Part shown: piece by piece, positions 37,217 through 49,950 of the stretch
How the letters are laid out: each line of letters opens with the position of its first letter
Numbering within the stretch: the stretch's first letter is position 1
Assembly: GCA_050084985.1 (NCBI GenBank)
Contig: JBITNC010000002.1
Span: 17,856,001-17,920,000, forward strand
DNA: 64,000 nt
Direction of reading: 5' to 3'
DNA from: Nageia nagi
Lineage: Eukaryota > Plantae > Pinophyta
Program-made: the position numbers and the translations under genes
Notes under the pieces: generated by a model
Told to the model about the DNA's origin: nothing
What the model saw: the letters and a program-made list of their open reading frames with translations, nothing else
Database searches by the model: none

Positions 37217-39970
37217 TACTCTCCATCCTATAAAGTCATGTTTATATCAAGGGATGTAAAGTTCAATGAACTTCTTGAAGAATTTACTTCTAATGAAGAT
37301 GTTGATGATCTAGAGCACTCTTCAGTTGCAACTAGCTGGTTAGATATTGATGTAGATAAGTCACCTCATGAATAAAACTCTCCAACTCAAAAGATAATAA
37401 GGAGCATGACCTTAAATAAATCCTTATTTGCCAATATTGACAACAAACATGAGCCCTCGACCTTCAAAGAAGCTCCTAAGCATGAGTACTGGATGGAAGC
37501 CATGAATGTGGAATATGAGACGCTTATGAAAAATGAAACTTGGGATTTGGTTCCTTATCCCAATGATAATAATGTGACTGATAATAAGTGGATCTACAAG
37601 GTCAAATTCAATTCAGTTAGAGATATTGAGAAATACAAGGTAAGGTTAGTAGCCCAAGGTTTTGCTTAAAAATACGGTATAGATTATGAGAAAACCTTTG
37701 CTCTAATGGTAAAGATGCTTACTGTGAAAAATATCCTTACTCTTTTTGCTGCTTAAAGATGGAAAGTTTTTCAACTTGACATTAAGAGTGCATTTCTTAA
37801 TGGTGAATTAGATGTGGAAATCTTCATGAATCAACTAGAAGGGTTCATTGTTGAAGGCAAATAGTCCTTTGTGTGCAAGCTAAAAAGTCATTATATAGAC
37901 TTAAGCAAGCACCTAAAGCCTGGTACAAGAAGATTTTAGGATATATTATAGATATTGGTTTCTCCAAGTGCTTTTCAAACTCTAATATATATGTTCTCAA
38001 TCAAATAAAAGATGTGTTCTTAATTATCCTTTACGTGGATGATCTTCTGATAACTAGGAATAATGATAAAATCATTCAATAGTGTATATCCAAACTTAAG
38101 GTAATGTTTGAATGATTGATTTTGGTCTCTTGCACTACTATCTTTGAATGCAAATGTATCAATACAAAGATTGTACTTATCTTAATCAATCTAAGTATAT
38201 ATCAAACATCTTACAGAAGTTTAGAATGGAGGAATGTAGTTATGCTACGATCCTAGTTTCTCCTAGACTCACTATTTCTCTGAGCTGTAACTCTTAGTTG
38301 GTTGATGCTATAGTTTACAGGTAAGTAATTGGTAGTCTTTTGTACTTGACTATATCTAGGTTAGATATTGCCTTTGCAATGAATCTGATGGCATGATTCA
38401 TGTAAAAACCATATGTTAAGCACCTCAATGCTATTAAGCAAATCTTGAGGTATGTTGCAGGGACTAAGGATCTTACTCTTAAGTATTCTAAGTTGCCCTC
38501 ATTTGTTCTCTCTGGATTCTCAGATTCTAACTATGGGAGAGATAAAGATGATAAGAAATCAACCTCTGCATATGTGTTTAGCATTGGTTTAAGTGCTATC
38601 TCTTGAGCTTCCAAGAAGCAATCTACTATTTCTCTTTCCACCACAGAAATTGAATACTATGCCATGTTTGTTGCAACCCAAGAAGCCATTTGGCTAAAGC
38701 ATATTCTAAAAGAAATTGGTTATGAGTAAGATGACTTATCTTTTATTTCTTTAGATAATCAATCGATGATCTCTTTGGCTAAGAATCATATGTTCCATCA
38801 GAGAACAAAACATGTGGAAATCCATGCCCATTTTATTAGGTAGAAAGTTCTTGATGGCATCATACACCTGGAGTATTGTCCATCCACCTTGAACTTCGTT
38901 GATTGGCTAATTTAGCACTTTTTAGTTATCCATGTGTGAGGAACTTTTATGTGTCTTTTAACATTGTTTAGTTATACATGTGATAGGAACTCATATGTGC
39001 ATGCTCTATTTTGTAATGATAATAAACACATGTTTTACATACAACAGGTGACTATGAGCTTTGGCTTGGCATTTTTGTGATAACTTACAGTGCACCATTG
39101 ATCAATTCATGATGGCATTTGTGTGATTCATCTATCCTTGTTAATATGAATATGTTGCATCTAATTGATCTTGTTATTTGAGCTACTTATGATTTACAGG
39201 TTCCTTTAAGGTTGTAGGTTACTTACTTTGGGTATGCAGGTTCTTAGAGACTTTTCATGACTTCCAGTTGGATGACTAGTTCATGTACATTGAAATCGAT
39301 TGTGGTTAATGATTATATTTGACAAAGTAGTGAGTTTCAAACTAGATATTACTTACTTTACATATATGTAAAAAATTCTCATTTTTGATTGTATCTATTT
39401 GGAGGAGAACTCTCTTACTTTCTCTTCTTCTTCTCTTTTATTCACTCTATCCCAATATTACATTAAGTGGGAGTGTTGGAATGTATAATGCATTTTTGTA
39501 AAGGTTATGCAATAACCTTATATGTAAGTTCACTAATACTTAAGAGTATCATTTGATACCTTAAGTATTTAAGTGAATATGATAATGTAACTTGTCCCAC
39601 ACTCCATGTCATTAGCATGCCTCTTGAGTAAAAGGATGTGCATGTAATGCTTTTGTACATTAGATAAAAGCATGATCCAAAGAGGGATTTTAGCCTATAA
39701 ATAAAAAGCTCCCTCTTTATGATAATACACTAATTTTGTGGAGTAAAGTTATGCTATAGGATAGTGTTTAAGAAAAAAGATTAGGAGGATTGTAAGAGTT
39801 CATATTGGTGAATGAAGTGAGATCTAGTTAGTGGATGTACTCCTAGTTGGAGGAACCAATTACATCTTATGTTATGTTGTGAGATTGCTTTATGAGTTAT
39901 TTAGGTGTGTTTGTGAGCTTTCATATGATCCTGGGAGATTAGAGTTGTTCATATTATAGTTCAATTCTCA
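37217..39970 (+). mobile_element. Copia 3' half, same family: integrase tail-RT-RNase H remnant (to ~38904), 3' UTR, 3' LTR 39474-39970
   Basis: YSPSYKVMFISRDVKFNE, EPSTFKEA, LYVDDLL; small deletion at the pol end; TGTTGG...TTCTCA LTR. Confidence 0.9.
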
Positions 39971-40037
39971 CAAAACTTAGGCAGGTACTTGTAATATTTC
40001 AAGTTTTTTGAGAAAAATAGAGTTGAGGGGATAAAGT

Positions 40038-40360
40038 AATGGTACCATATGGTTTGAAATGATGCAATTGTATTGTATTGTACCATATGGTTTGAAATGA
40101 TGCAACTGTATTATACCAAATGATATAAATTTATCTAAATACATCATATGATATAAAATGATCTCAATGCACCAACATATGATATGAAATGATGCAATTA
40201 TACCATACGATATGAAATAATCTAAATGCACCAACATATTATTGTAATAATATAAATGCACCAACATATGATATAAAATTATCTAAACACTTCATATGAT
40301 ATCAAATGATGTAATTGAACAATATAATCTGAAATGATGCAACTATACCATGTGATATTG
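40038..40360. repeat. Degenerate minisatellite
   Basis: Recurrent TACCATATGGTTTGAAATGATGCAA and AAATGCACCAACATATGATAT units. Confidence 0.8.
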
Positions 40361-40390
40361 GATGAATTGAAGGATTCCTTAATGAGAGTA

Positions 40391-41521
40391 TGTTGATAGG
40401 ATTTGTGTAATGAACACATACCTGTGTAAATACTAACAAAGTATCCGTCAATTGAAAGACTTACTACGAGAGTAACTCAATCTTTGGAGCCATCTGGTTT
40501 TGCCTTTTTCAATTTGGTCAAAACTCTTCTCAAAGAATAAGTTGTAAAAAGAAATAGAAGATTAGGGAGTTAGAGAGAAATGCCAAAAGGTTAGTGTGTA
40601 GGAAAGAAATAAACATTAGATGCCAACCCAAGCATCCATTATAGCAGGCTTGTGTTGGTCGAATCATCCAAACTAATAGCCACCAAGATAATAAATGATA
40701 TTCTAAGCAACCCAAAAATCAGATGAATGCTTTACATATACATATCAATTATAGATTTAATTCAACCTTCATGAAGTGCATGCAAACATATTACACAACA
40801 ATTTAAGAACAAAATGAAGTAAATCATAATTGAGAGATCAAGAAGCTCAATTCATTAATCATTGAAAAAAGCACAAGTTACATCACAAGTGGAAAATGTC
40901 TATGTTGTTCGACCTTTTTGACATCAATCAAGGTTGTATATATATAGCCTGATCACCAAAATATCTTCTAATATAAATAATAAACTAATTCCCATGACAT
41001 CATCTTCTACAATCAACATTAACTATCATCAACTAAAAGAAAATCTAACTGTAATTATTACAAAATCCAGCTAAGATCTTTTTGCCAATTCATTTGCTAG
41101 CTTGAATCTTGAAATTCCATGGCTTTGGTGGATCTGGTTGAAGTTGTCGGAACATCTTTCCATTCAATCACTTCTTGAATTTTCAGTTACAAACTTGGTG
41201 CAATCAGTTGTACAAAAAATCAACTTGCCCACACTTGGATGAGGTTATTTAGTCTTCAATGTCGTTGCTTTCTGGCTAAAAGGGAAGTATTATAGCATGT
41301 AAGCATATTATCATTCTTCATAAAATTCCCACATTCTGATGATATTCTGTTAAGTTTAATTTTCTTGCGTTTTGATGGAACTAATCATCTTATAATGTAG
41401 TTGGGTTCTAGTGGAACTAACTATGTGATAATGTAGTCGGGTTTTGATGGAATTAATTATATCATAATTTAGTCGAGTTTCAATGGAACTAATTACAATG
41501 TAAAACTCTTGTACTCCAACA
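40391..41521 (-). mobile_element. Probable solo LTR (~1.13 kb)
   Basis: TGTTG...CAACA termini; minus-strand TATA (~40937-40947); 36-bp repeats in the presumed U3; TSD not convincing. Confidence 0.5.
41369..41497. repeat. 36-bp tandem repeat, about 3.5 copies
   Basis: GTTTTGATGGAACTAATCATCTTATAATGTAGTTGG-like units. Confidence 0.85.
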
Positions 41522-42417
41522 AAATTCATTTAACACTAACATCTTCAGGTTTCGACATAGTTATTCACAATATCAAAATGTTACTAGGTATTGACTTAGT
41601 ATATTCCTCTACAACACATAAATAAAGGCATCCAAAAGATTTGTCTCCTTATACCTTCTTGTGCAAAAATATGGATACACTCAGGATCAGACATATTCCT
41701 TAACTATAGTGATACATATATGTGAGGAGTAGACTACCAATGGTCCTTATCCTTTAGAAATAAGCTACCAATGGTCCTCATCTGATACCAATAATGTGGG
41801 AAGTTGAATCCGTTGGAGTCATTTTTGAAAGTTGGAGAGTTGTTTGCAGTTTAAAGGGTATCAAATTTCCTCCATATATCTTCTTAAATGCTTTAATTTG
41901 ATTTATTGATTGGTTGTTTATGTGGTTGACATTGATTTGAACCTATAGGGTGAATTATTGAATCATAGTTGAAGGTTTAAGATGCCATTACAAATTGTAA
42001 GGAGATCCAAGAAGTGTTGCAAATTGTAGGAGTATTATTATTGTTTGATAAAGATTCCTCCATATTCCTTATAATTGTACTATTTAATTTAGGGCTTAAT
42101 AAATCATATTGATGTTAAACTAGATATAATTCCACATTGAGAGTAACCAATATAAATCTTTATGTCAATTTTATATGATTGATTCAATCTATTATTGTTA
42201 GATATTTGTTTACAATATTTCGTAATCACATATTAATTTTTTTGAATGAATTCTATCTAGAAAGGATCGTTACCGACCCTCTTCTACAACTCTAAGATTG
42301 CCAGCAACCCATTTTCTATCAAAGTTTAAAAGTAAAAAGTATAAATTTTGTAATTTGTATTTGATGAATTCTAGAATAACATAGCTTACAAAATTTTACA
42401 GATCATGGATACCCCTC

Positions 42418-42772
42418 GATCATGGTAGCTTAGTCTAAGGAAATTCCCTACAAGGGATAGTTTCTCATTACAAAATATTATAAAAATCTTCCAAAATATT
42501 AAGATGATTCATCAAAATTATTATTAATTATGATTTCAAATTTTCTCCAAGATTTTGAAGGTTATTTCCCATCAAATTCACCCAAGAGTCACGGTATCCA
42601 TCATGACAACTTAACCTAAGGAAATTCCCTACAAGAGATGTTTTGTCATTAAAAAATATTATAACAATCTTCCAAAATATTAAGATGATCCATAGAAATT
42701 ATTCTTAATTATTAATTACGAATTTGAATTTGCTTCAAGATTATGAAGGTTTTCTCCCATCAAATTCACCCA
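42418..42772. repeat. ~180-bp diverged tandem duplication
   Basis: CTAAGGAAATTCCCTACAAG...TCTTCCAAAATATTAAGATGAT...CCCATCAAATTCACCCAA occurs twice. Confidence 0.88.
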
Positions 42773-42779
42773 ACAATAG

Positions 42780-42918
42780 ACCCATCTAAGTGATAAGAGG
42801 AAGATGTGTTGCACCTTACCCATCTACTTGCTAAGAGGAAGATGAGTTGACCCATCTACATGTTTAGAGGAAGATGAGTTGCACTTGATCCATCTATCAT
42901 GATAAGAAGAAGATTTGA
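42780..42918. repeat. Four 31-39-bp tandem units
   Basis: CCCATCTA....TAAGAGGAAGATGAGTTG units. Confidence 0.85.
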
Positions 42919-43475
42919 ATGATATTTAAAATTTTCACATCTACTTATTCTCAGACCTAGAGTTGAAATTTGATGCATGTATTGAACATTTTAATGTTTT
43001 TTAAACATTTTTTACAATCAATATTTTTTTCTAACCATCGTTTAAGAAAGATACATATTCTTTATTTCTATAAAAACAATACAAATATACTAGTAAAAAA
43101 AATTAAACTCATTGATTTTTAAAACAATTATTTATGATATTGATATTCATTTATATCTTTTTATTTAAAAATATTTATATTTAATACAGGCAAGTAAAAA
43201 TTATTTTATTATATTATTATTTTATAATATTGAAATCGTCATAAAAACAAATTTGTCGCCTAGGTTGAGGATAAATGATAATTGCCTTTATGAAAAAATG
43301 GCAAACAACAAAAAATGATTGCGCCCCTTCATCAAATTCCAGGTTTTGCATTAATCCACTGGCTTAAAGTCTTAAGTCAGCCGAAAATCTTCAAAACCTC
43401 TGCTCTAAAGATGCCATCAGGGGACCTCCAGGCTTGCTTCAACAGGTAGAGATTCATTGCAATCTCCATAAATCC

Positions 43476-43784
43476 ATGGGAAAACCAGCAAAGAAAGATG
43501 TTGAGAAAGCAGAGGATCCCGAAGATCGGGAGAGGCAGAGGCTCAAAAAAATTGCATTTGCTCAGAGATTAATTTCGCGGGTCAGAGAGAATCCCCGGCG
43601 CCGTCTTCATCCTTCCAAAATCGTCGTGAGGAGCGACGGAAAAGACATATTGAAGAAGGCCCAGAGGAAAAATAAACATCTCTTTGCCTTTCCCTGCCTA
43701 GTGTCTCCTGTTTCCGGCGGCAAAATGGGGGAATTGACTCACCTCGACTCCAAAAACCCTGTTCTTTACGTAGACTTTCCTCAG
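43476..43784 (+). CDS. RHL1: ROOT HAIRLESS 1 (topo VI complex DNA-binding subunit), exon 1
   Basis: ERQRLKKIAF...DGKDILKKAQRKNKHLFAFPCLVSPVSGGKMGELTHLDSKNPVLYVDFPQ; donor CAG|GTGGGT. Confidence 0.93.
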
Positions 43785-43966
43785 GTGGGTTTAATGTTCG
43801 ATACTTACAATTTTTTTGCGACATATTGTTAATGTCAACTAAAAATGCATAATGGTATGTGTATTGATGTCAGGGGAGGTTATAGTATTATGGTATCACT
43901 GCTTTTTCTTGTTCACAGGGGATGTTGTATTGGTATGATTGCAATTGTTTCGGGTTCTTATTGCAG

Positions 43967-44077
43967 GGGAGGTTGAAGTTCTTCGGAACAATTATCTATC
44001 CCAAAAACAAATATCATACATTGAGCTTTACACGAGGGTCAGGAAATATTGTCTCTGAGGATTCTTTTGATAGCATG
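43967..44077 (+). CDS. RHL1: RHL1 exon 2
   Basis: GRLKFFGTIIYPKNKYHTLSFTRGSGNIVSEDSFDSM; acceptor TTGCAG; GC donor ATG|GCAAGT. Confidence 0.9.
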
Positions 44078-45242
44078 GCAAGTATTCTTTTAGTGCTTTG
44101 GTAATACATTTAGAGAAATTGTTTTTGTGAATAGATTTTGTAAACAGATGCTTCTTAGAAATTTGTGTAGAGTTAAGTGAAATTTATGGGCAAATGCAAA
44201 TCACTAACAAATCATTCTATCGTAGTTTGTTATAAGTAGAACTAGTATGAACTGACAAGCATAAGTTGTCATCCAGTTTTAGTAACAAGTTAATGTTGTT
44301 CATGAATTTACAGTTTGTGAACAACTAGTGGTAAGGGATTTTTTAATGAAGCATGCATATTAGAAGTCTGTAGATCTTGGAGATTCTTTTCCAAACTTCA
44401 AATTTCAATTTGTTAAGTTTGGTGGGTACATAACTCTAGGTTTCAGTTCCTTTTATTTATTTGTGTATTTTGCATGAATTTGAACAACATTTCATTTTAT
44501 ATAAATTGAGTTGAATATTTATTTTCAATTGAGCCTTTTTTTCTAAAACGATGACAAAATTGGTCAATTGGCAAATATTAGCCACGATTTTTCCAAATTA
44601 GTGAAAGCATTACCATCTTTGTGTTTCATATTATTATCATTATTAATTTGTGTCTTATTTGACAGAGCCTTTCAGATGCTAATGTCAATGTTTAAATACA
44701 AGCTGCCGTTGTCATTCTTCTAATCAGATCAATTTTAAAACTTCTAAATTATTAGTGAAAAAGGTAAAATAACAGGGTATGTTGTTGATAACAACTAGTG
44801 AAACACATTAATTCAAATGTAGTAGTATTTATAAAATTGGTGGAATTGAACACCAAACCCAATAAATCTAATAGATGAAAAAATTTGGCTTGTCGTATGA
44901 AGTCTTCCTTTATGACGAGCATATTGTTGTGCATTACATGGACTGTAAATGACCAACTTGAATCATCATATAGTTTGTTATTCTGAAGTTACTTCTTATT
45001 TTAAATTGTTTCCTTTTCCACAATGTTGTTTCCATACCTTTCGAAAATTGGTTAAATCCTTGCCAGCTTGGGAACTGGTCCCATTGTTCTCTTTTCATCC
45101 ACCTCTTGGAAATTTCTTATAAAATAGACTGACATAAAACTGATTTAATCTTCAAAGGAATAGGGTATGATCAGTTTTGCATGATTTTATAGATTGGAAT
45201 TGTTGTGTTATTCATGGCAGAGGTGTAACTGTTCTTTCATAG

Positions 45243-45329
45243 GTTGTTTTTTCTTCTGTATGGTGGATTGGAACAAAGGAGGAAAACCCTGAAGAGTTGA
45301 AACTAGATTTTCCAAAAGAGCTAAATCAG
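45243..45329 (+). CDS. RHL1: RHL1 exon 3
   Basis: VVFSSVWWIGTKEENPEELKLDFPKELNQ; TAG acceptor, GT donor. Confidence 0.93.
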
Positions 45330-45421
45330 GTTTGCATGTTGTTATGTAAAACTTTCATATAAATAAACATTTGTCATGGATTCTTTCCTGAATTTATTAT
45401 TGTTTATATATATGTATCTAG

Positions 45422-45666
45422 AAAATACATGCAGAGTTTGACTTCAAAGGTGGAGCTGGTGATGTTTCTCACCACAAAGATAATCCCAACACAGAACTTC
45501 CTGTCAAAGATGAACCACTGATTCATGATATTGATTCCAAGTTAGATGAATCACAAGATTGTAAACCAGACATATTTCATGCTACCAAGTCCACCTTAAA
45601 TGGTTTGGGAGAGGAATTGAAGACACCAGTGCGTTCTTCATCAAGGACAGCAGGGAAATCATACAA
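45422..45666 (+). CDS. RHL1: RHL1 exon 4
   Basis: KIHAEFDFKGGAG...TPVRSSSRTAGKSYK; ends in phase 2. Confidence 0.9.
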
Positions 45667-45830
45667 GTATGATCTGGTTTTTATTGCTTATTACTTTTAC
45701 TTTTTTCTGTTTGTTGGTGTTTGAAACGATGTGTAGAAAATTAGATTGTGATATTTTAATGATGAAGTAATGTTGACTGTCATGTATATTGGGTTAAATT
45801 TTAAAATGGATTTGCCACTAACTGATGCAG

Positions 45831-45955
45831 GTTTGTAGATTCACCTTCAGAAGACGATAAATCAAACACAGGAAGTGATACCAGTTCATCAGATATAAAA
45901 AAGAGGCGCAATGTAAAGAGACGGAGGCTGGATCATGATTTTGACAATATGATTG
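45831..45955 (+). CDS. RHL1: RHL1 exon 5
   Basis: CTAAC branch point, TGCAG acceptor; FVDSPSEDDKS...; donor G|GTAAG in phase 1. Confidence 0.82.
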
Positions 45956-46185
45956 GTAAGATAAGACTTGAATTCTTCTAAACATTTAACAGAGAATTAA
46001 TTCTTCTGCATCAGTTTTTATGATGCCTGCTATATTGTCAAGTCCATAAATAATTATAAGGACAATGGTGCATAGGTTAAGTTATTGATAGTTATTAACT
46101 TATTTGTAATGGTCTTCCCTTAAATTTCTTGCAACTTTTCTACGTTAGTAATATGTTGTTCTTCCTTGTCGGGTGGAAAGTACAG

Positions 46186-46405
46186 AAGGAGAAGGGGAGG
46201 TTCTGTTGCCATTTCGCCTGAATTTGGACATGACAAAATAGAAAAAATCTTGACTGTAAACGCTGAAACTGCTCCTGCCTCTTCTCAGAACACTTCATCA
46301 CGAAAGAAAACTAAAGAAAGTATTAAAAAATCGGAAAGTGTGGCCACTAGAGGTGCTTTTGTACAATCCAGCTTGTCTTCCTTCCTGCACAAATCTGTGG
46401 AGAAG
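46186..46405 (+). CDS. RHL1: RHL1 exon 6 (acceptor and frame uncertain)
   Basis: Contains FVQSSLSSFLHKSVEK, similar to the RHL1 LVQxTLxxLFKKxEEK motif; donor AAG|GTGATG; phase conflict at the acceptor. Confidence 0.7.
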
Positions 46406-48169
46406 GTGATGATAACTTGAACACATGTTACTGATTAATTTGATTACAAAATTTCAATTCCTATACAAGTCTTAGCACTATGTGTGTATGTGTGTGTATA
46501 TATATATTAAGTTTCGTATACTAAAGCTACTGTGGGTCATGATTGCTCTTTTTAGTTGTAGATTAAGTAACAAATAACTGTCCAAGCATATCCAATTCCA
46601 CAAGTTGCATAACGAAAATAGGTATTAAAGTTGGTAGGAATAAGGCATTTGAGGTTGAGAACTTGTACAAAATAATAGATCCAGTACAATATTATGCATA
46701 CATTATAACCATAGTTCCATAACAAATCGCATTTCACAGCAGTAAATGTCACAAACTCGATAGAATTTGCACGAAAAAAGGGAATACATTGATACAAACA
46801 TTTGTAATAGCAAGTTGAAGATTTTTATAGTGGGGATAACAAGATGGAGTTGTTGGCACTATGAAGGGGCTTCTTGTGAAGGATGCCTATTCCAAATATG
46901 TGGAATGAGATTATTGGACACAAGATGCCTAGAATCTTAAATATGGTATTGACTCTTTGATTAATTTTTTCAACTTCCTTCTTGGTTGTAACACATTATC
47001 TATTCCATCTACAAGTGTGGTAACATCTTAGATTGAAACGACTGGAGGACTACCATGATTAACTACACTTTGGACAAGCTATATGCTACTGTTTTAAGAT
47101 GATTTTTTTTGATAAATTGGATCATGTAAGTTTCAAGAATGATTAGCAGAGTTGTGATCATGTCTTCATTCTTTGTGATATCATTGAGGAGGTTATTAGT
47201 GATCATAGAAGGTCATTCATTGCTTCTTTGACATCAGAAAGGCATTTGGAATTCATTGCAGACATCTCTTATCTATATAAGATTGTAAGATCACTTGAAA
47301 AGAAAAATTGTTAGCAAACTATAAGTCTTTGGTTGCTTAAATCATTATTGATCAATAGTCAAACTATATCATTTGCAGTGAACACCTTTTTGCAAGTTCT
47401 AAATCTGGTCATTTTGTTTGGTTTGCCTGATACAATCAATATTGGTCACTTTTTTTCGTCCAGTTGTAAGACTTGCTTAGCAAAGTCCATATATGTACTT
47501 TTGCATGTTTTACCAAAAACTGGTAATAAACAAGTTATAATAGACAATATTCATCAATTGGTTTTAATTCTGAAAACTGATATTCAATAGTTAAAATAAA
47601 TCTTTATCTATGTTTACTATATTTGCCAATTTTTACTGATAGTGATTGTAAATTATAGGTTTTTATTGAGTATTATTTTAACCAGGACCTGGCCATGCAT
47701 AATCAGTTATACTTTGAGCAGTTCAGGAATAATGTCACATCATTATTTTTGCTTTATTGATTTGTTTTCTACAATCTTAACTTGTGTATAAATGATTTAG
47801 ATAGCACATTCAAATGCTTTAGATATTGCAGCCTTTCTACGCACAGTTGAAACATTTTATTATTATTTAAGGGTTTTTTTAATGATGTTTATATCTTAGA
47901 ACTGTGGTTATTCCCTTATATAGGCTGTTGATGTGATATAGGATTTGTTTGTTTGTATATTATTATGGGTATGTTGTTACTTGGAATATGAGATATGTTT
48001 GTGTGTAATACACAGCTTGTTGTATCCAACATTTACTAGATTGGTAGGTTAATTAGCTAATAAGATATGATGTTTTCTCATTTGTTTGCTTTGTTAAAAT
48101 CTTGTGGTGAAATCTGAGCAATAAATAGGACGCATTAGTAATGTATTTTTTGATCGTGCTTTATGGCAG

Positions 48170-48206
48170 AATTTACAAAGCGGGAAGACTTCTCTAGAAA
48201 CCAAAG
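48170..48206 (+). CDS. RHL1: RHL1 exon 7 (37 nt)
   Basis: CAG|NLQSGKTSLETK|GTTTGT; phase-compatible. Confidence 0.65.
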
Positions 48207-48377
48207 GTTTGTGGTTCATCTATGATTGACCTTTTTAATGTTTAGTTAGATTATAACAAAAGTTTCCTGAACTTAGATCTCATAATATGTTTTGTTGCTT
48301 ATATCTTATGATATATCATCCATCATATCCAACCAACTTTTTTGGTATTGGCTCTAAAGAATTAATTGTTTTGTTAG

Positions 48378-48433
48378 GGTCACCTCGAAGGAAGCGGTCT
48401 ACTGATTCCAAAGGAAAGGGCAAAAAAAAGAAA
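48378..48433 (+). CDS. RHL1: RHL1 exon 8 (56 nt, NLS-like)
   Basis: TAG|GSPRRKRSTDSKGKGKKKK|GTATGA; restores phase 0. Confidence 0.7.
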
Positions 48434-48569
48434 GTATGATTATGAATGACATCTTAATATCTTATATTAAAAAATTAAAATACAAGTTTTAACATTTTAT
48501 GTACTCTACACGAGTATTTGTGAAAATGGTCTTGTTTCGATTTCATAAGATTGTTTTCCTTCTCTCCAG

Positions 48570-48599
48570 GATTCAGAAGAGCAGTTGAGTGAGGAAGCT
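48570..48599 (+). CDS. RHL1: RHL1 exon 9 (30 nt)
   Basis: Pyrimidine tract and CAG|DSEEQLSEEA|GTAAGT. Confidence 0.72.
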
Positions 48600-48709
48600 G
48601 TAAGTATTTTTGACCTTTTTATGTTTTCCCTAGTGTGCCATTCTGATTGCAAATTGTAGTATTCTACGAGCTTCAAGCAGGAATGCAAATGCTAAATATT
48701 TGGTTACAG

Positions 48710-48761
48710 ATTGTGGAAGAAGTGGACACAACGCCCAAGCAAGGTGGAAGACGCAGATCTG
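48710..48761 (+). CDS. RHL1: RHL1 exon 10 (52 nt); downstream exon(s) not located
   Basis: TACAG|IVEEVDTTPKQGGRRRS|GTAAGT. Confidence 0.7.
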
Positions 48762-49950
48762 GTAAGTATTATTAAAATAAAATAAATAATAGTTCATTTT
48801 AATTGTGCAGTGGTTTTCAACTCAAATTATGTTAGGTTGTAGCTGTTAAATTTGAATAATGAATATGGATACAGAGAATTTACAAATTTTTTAATCATAA
48901 TACTCATTGGTGAAAACTGCCAATTAATATTTAGAGCTTATACTAAGAAGTTTTACCTAAGTTGTAATTTATGGTAAGGGCTTGCTGGTCCTAATCCAAT
49001 AAATCTGGCAACGGTGGATTTTAGTGTTTTGCTGTAGACATAAAAATAATGAACCATGTATTAAAACATGCACTTTTATCTGTCTATGGAATGGGAATAG
49101 ATTGATAGCAATATGTAGTATAATGTCGAGCAATTAGGATTATGCAAATTTATAAGAGGAGATACAAAGAAAACTTATATGGAGGATGGAGGATTCGAGG
49201 ATTGTTGGTGTACAACTTGTGATCTTGGAAGGTGAATAGTATTTGCAGCTAGATGATAGATCTAGATAATTCTGTGGATGTTCTACTTGGTATATGTTCT
49301 ATGTAGACATTCCCAAATGACGTGGCTTAACCGTTGGGATTGCATAGTTTTGGGTCCAGAGCGTCCACATGCTAGGCTAGTGATGCTAAAGCATTGAGTC
49401 TTATATTGAAAAACAATATTCATGTGAAAATTAACAGTGATGAGACTACAATCTTTACAAGTGATATTGGAGAATTCGATTACTGTTGAACTGGATTGTC
49501 TTAGTTGAATATCTTTTTTGTGATCATTATAATATTTATACAATTTGTCACTTTGAGCAATAATAGCAGTCTCTTTTCTTCTTTGGGCTGCTGGTTAGCT
49601 AGGTAGGGAACATTTCCAGGGTTTGCATTTTTACCCTTATCTTCTTATAAGTAACTAGGTTGCATGCTGGCCAGAACTACTGTTTGGGTCGAATTTACTT
49701 CCTCAAATAACTTTGAATTCTCCAGTATATTTTTAAAGCCACCTAGGACTCTTTCAGAAGAGCACTCCCACAAATGGCCGCTTTTCAAAATTCAGGAGTA
49801 TAATCTTGGATGCGCTTCTCTTGGAGATATTTGCAACAAATATTGGAGTTTAATTATTGATGTCAATTACTGGCTGGAAATATTCGACCAACAAAGCACA
49901 TGTATGACATTTGCATTCAGGATGAATCCTTTGCTCATTTGTGTAATAAT

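Noticed and set aside
41781-41790. Minus-strand PBS (TCTGATACCA) marking another LTR element
   Set aside because: No second LTR, PPT or coding region could be assigned; it may be a relic.
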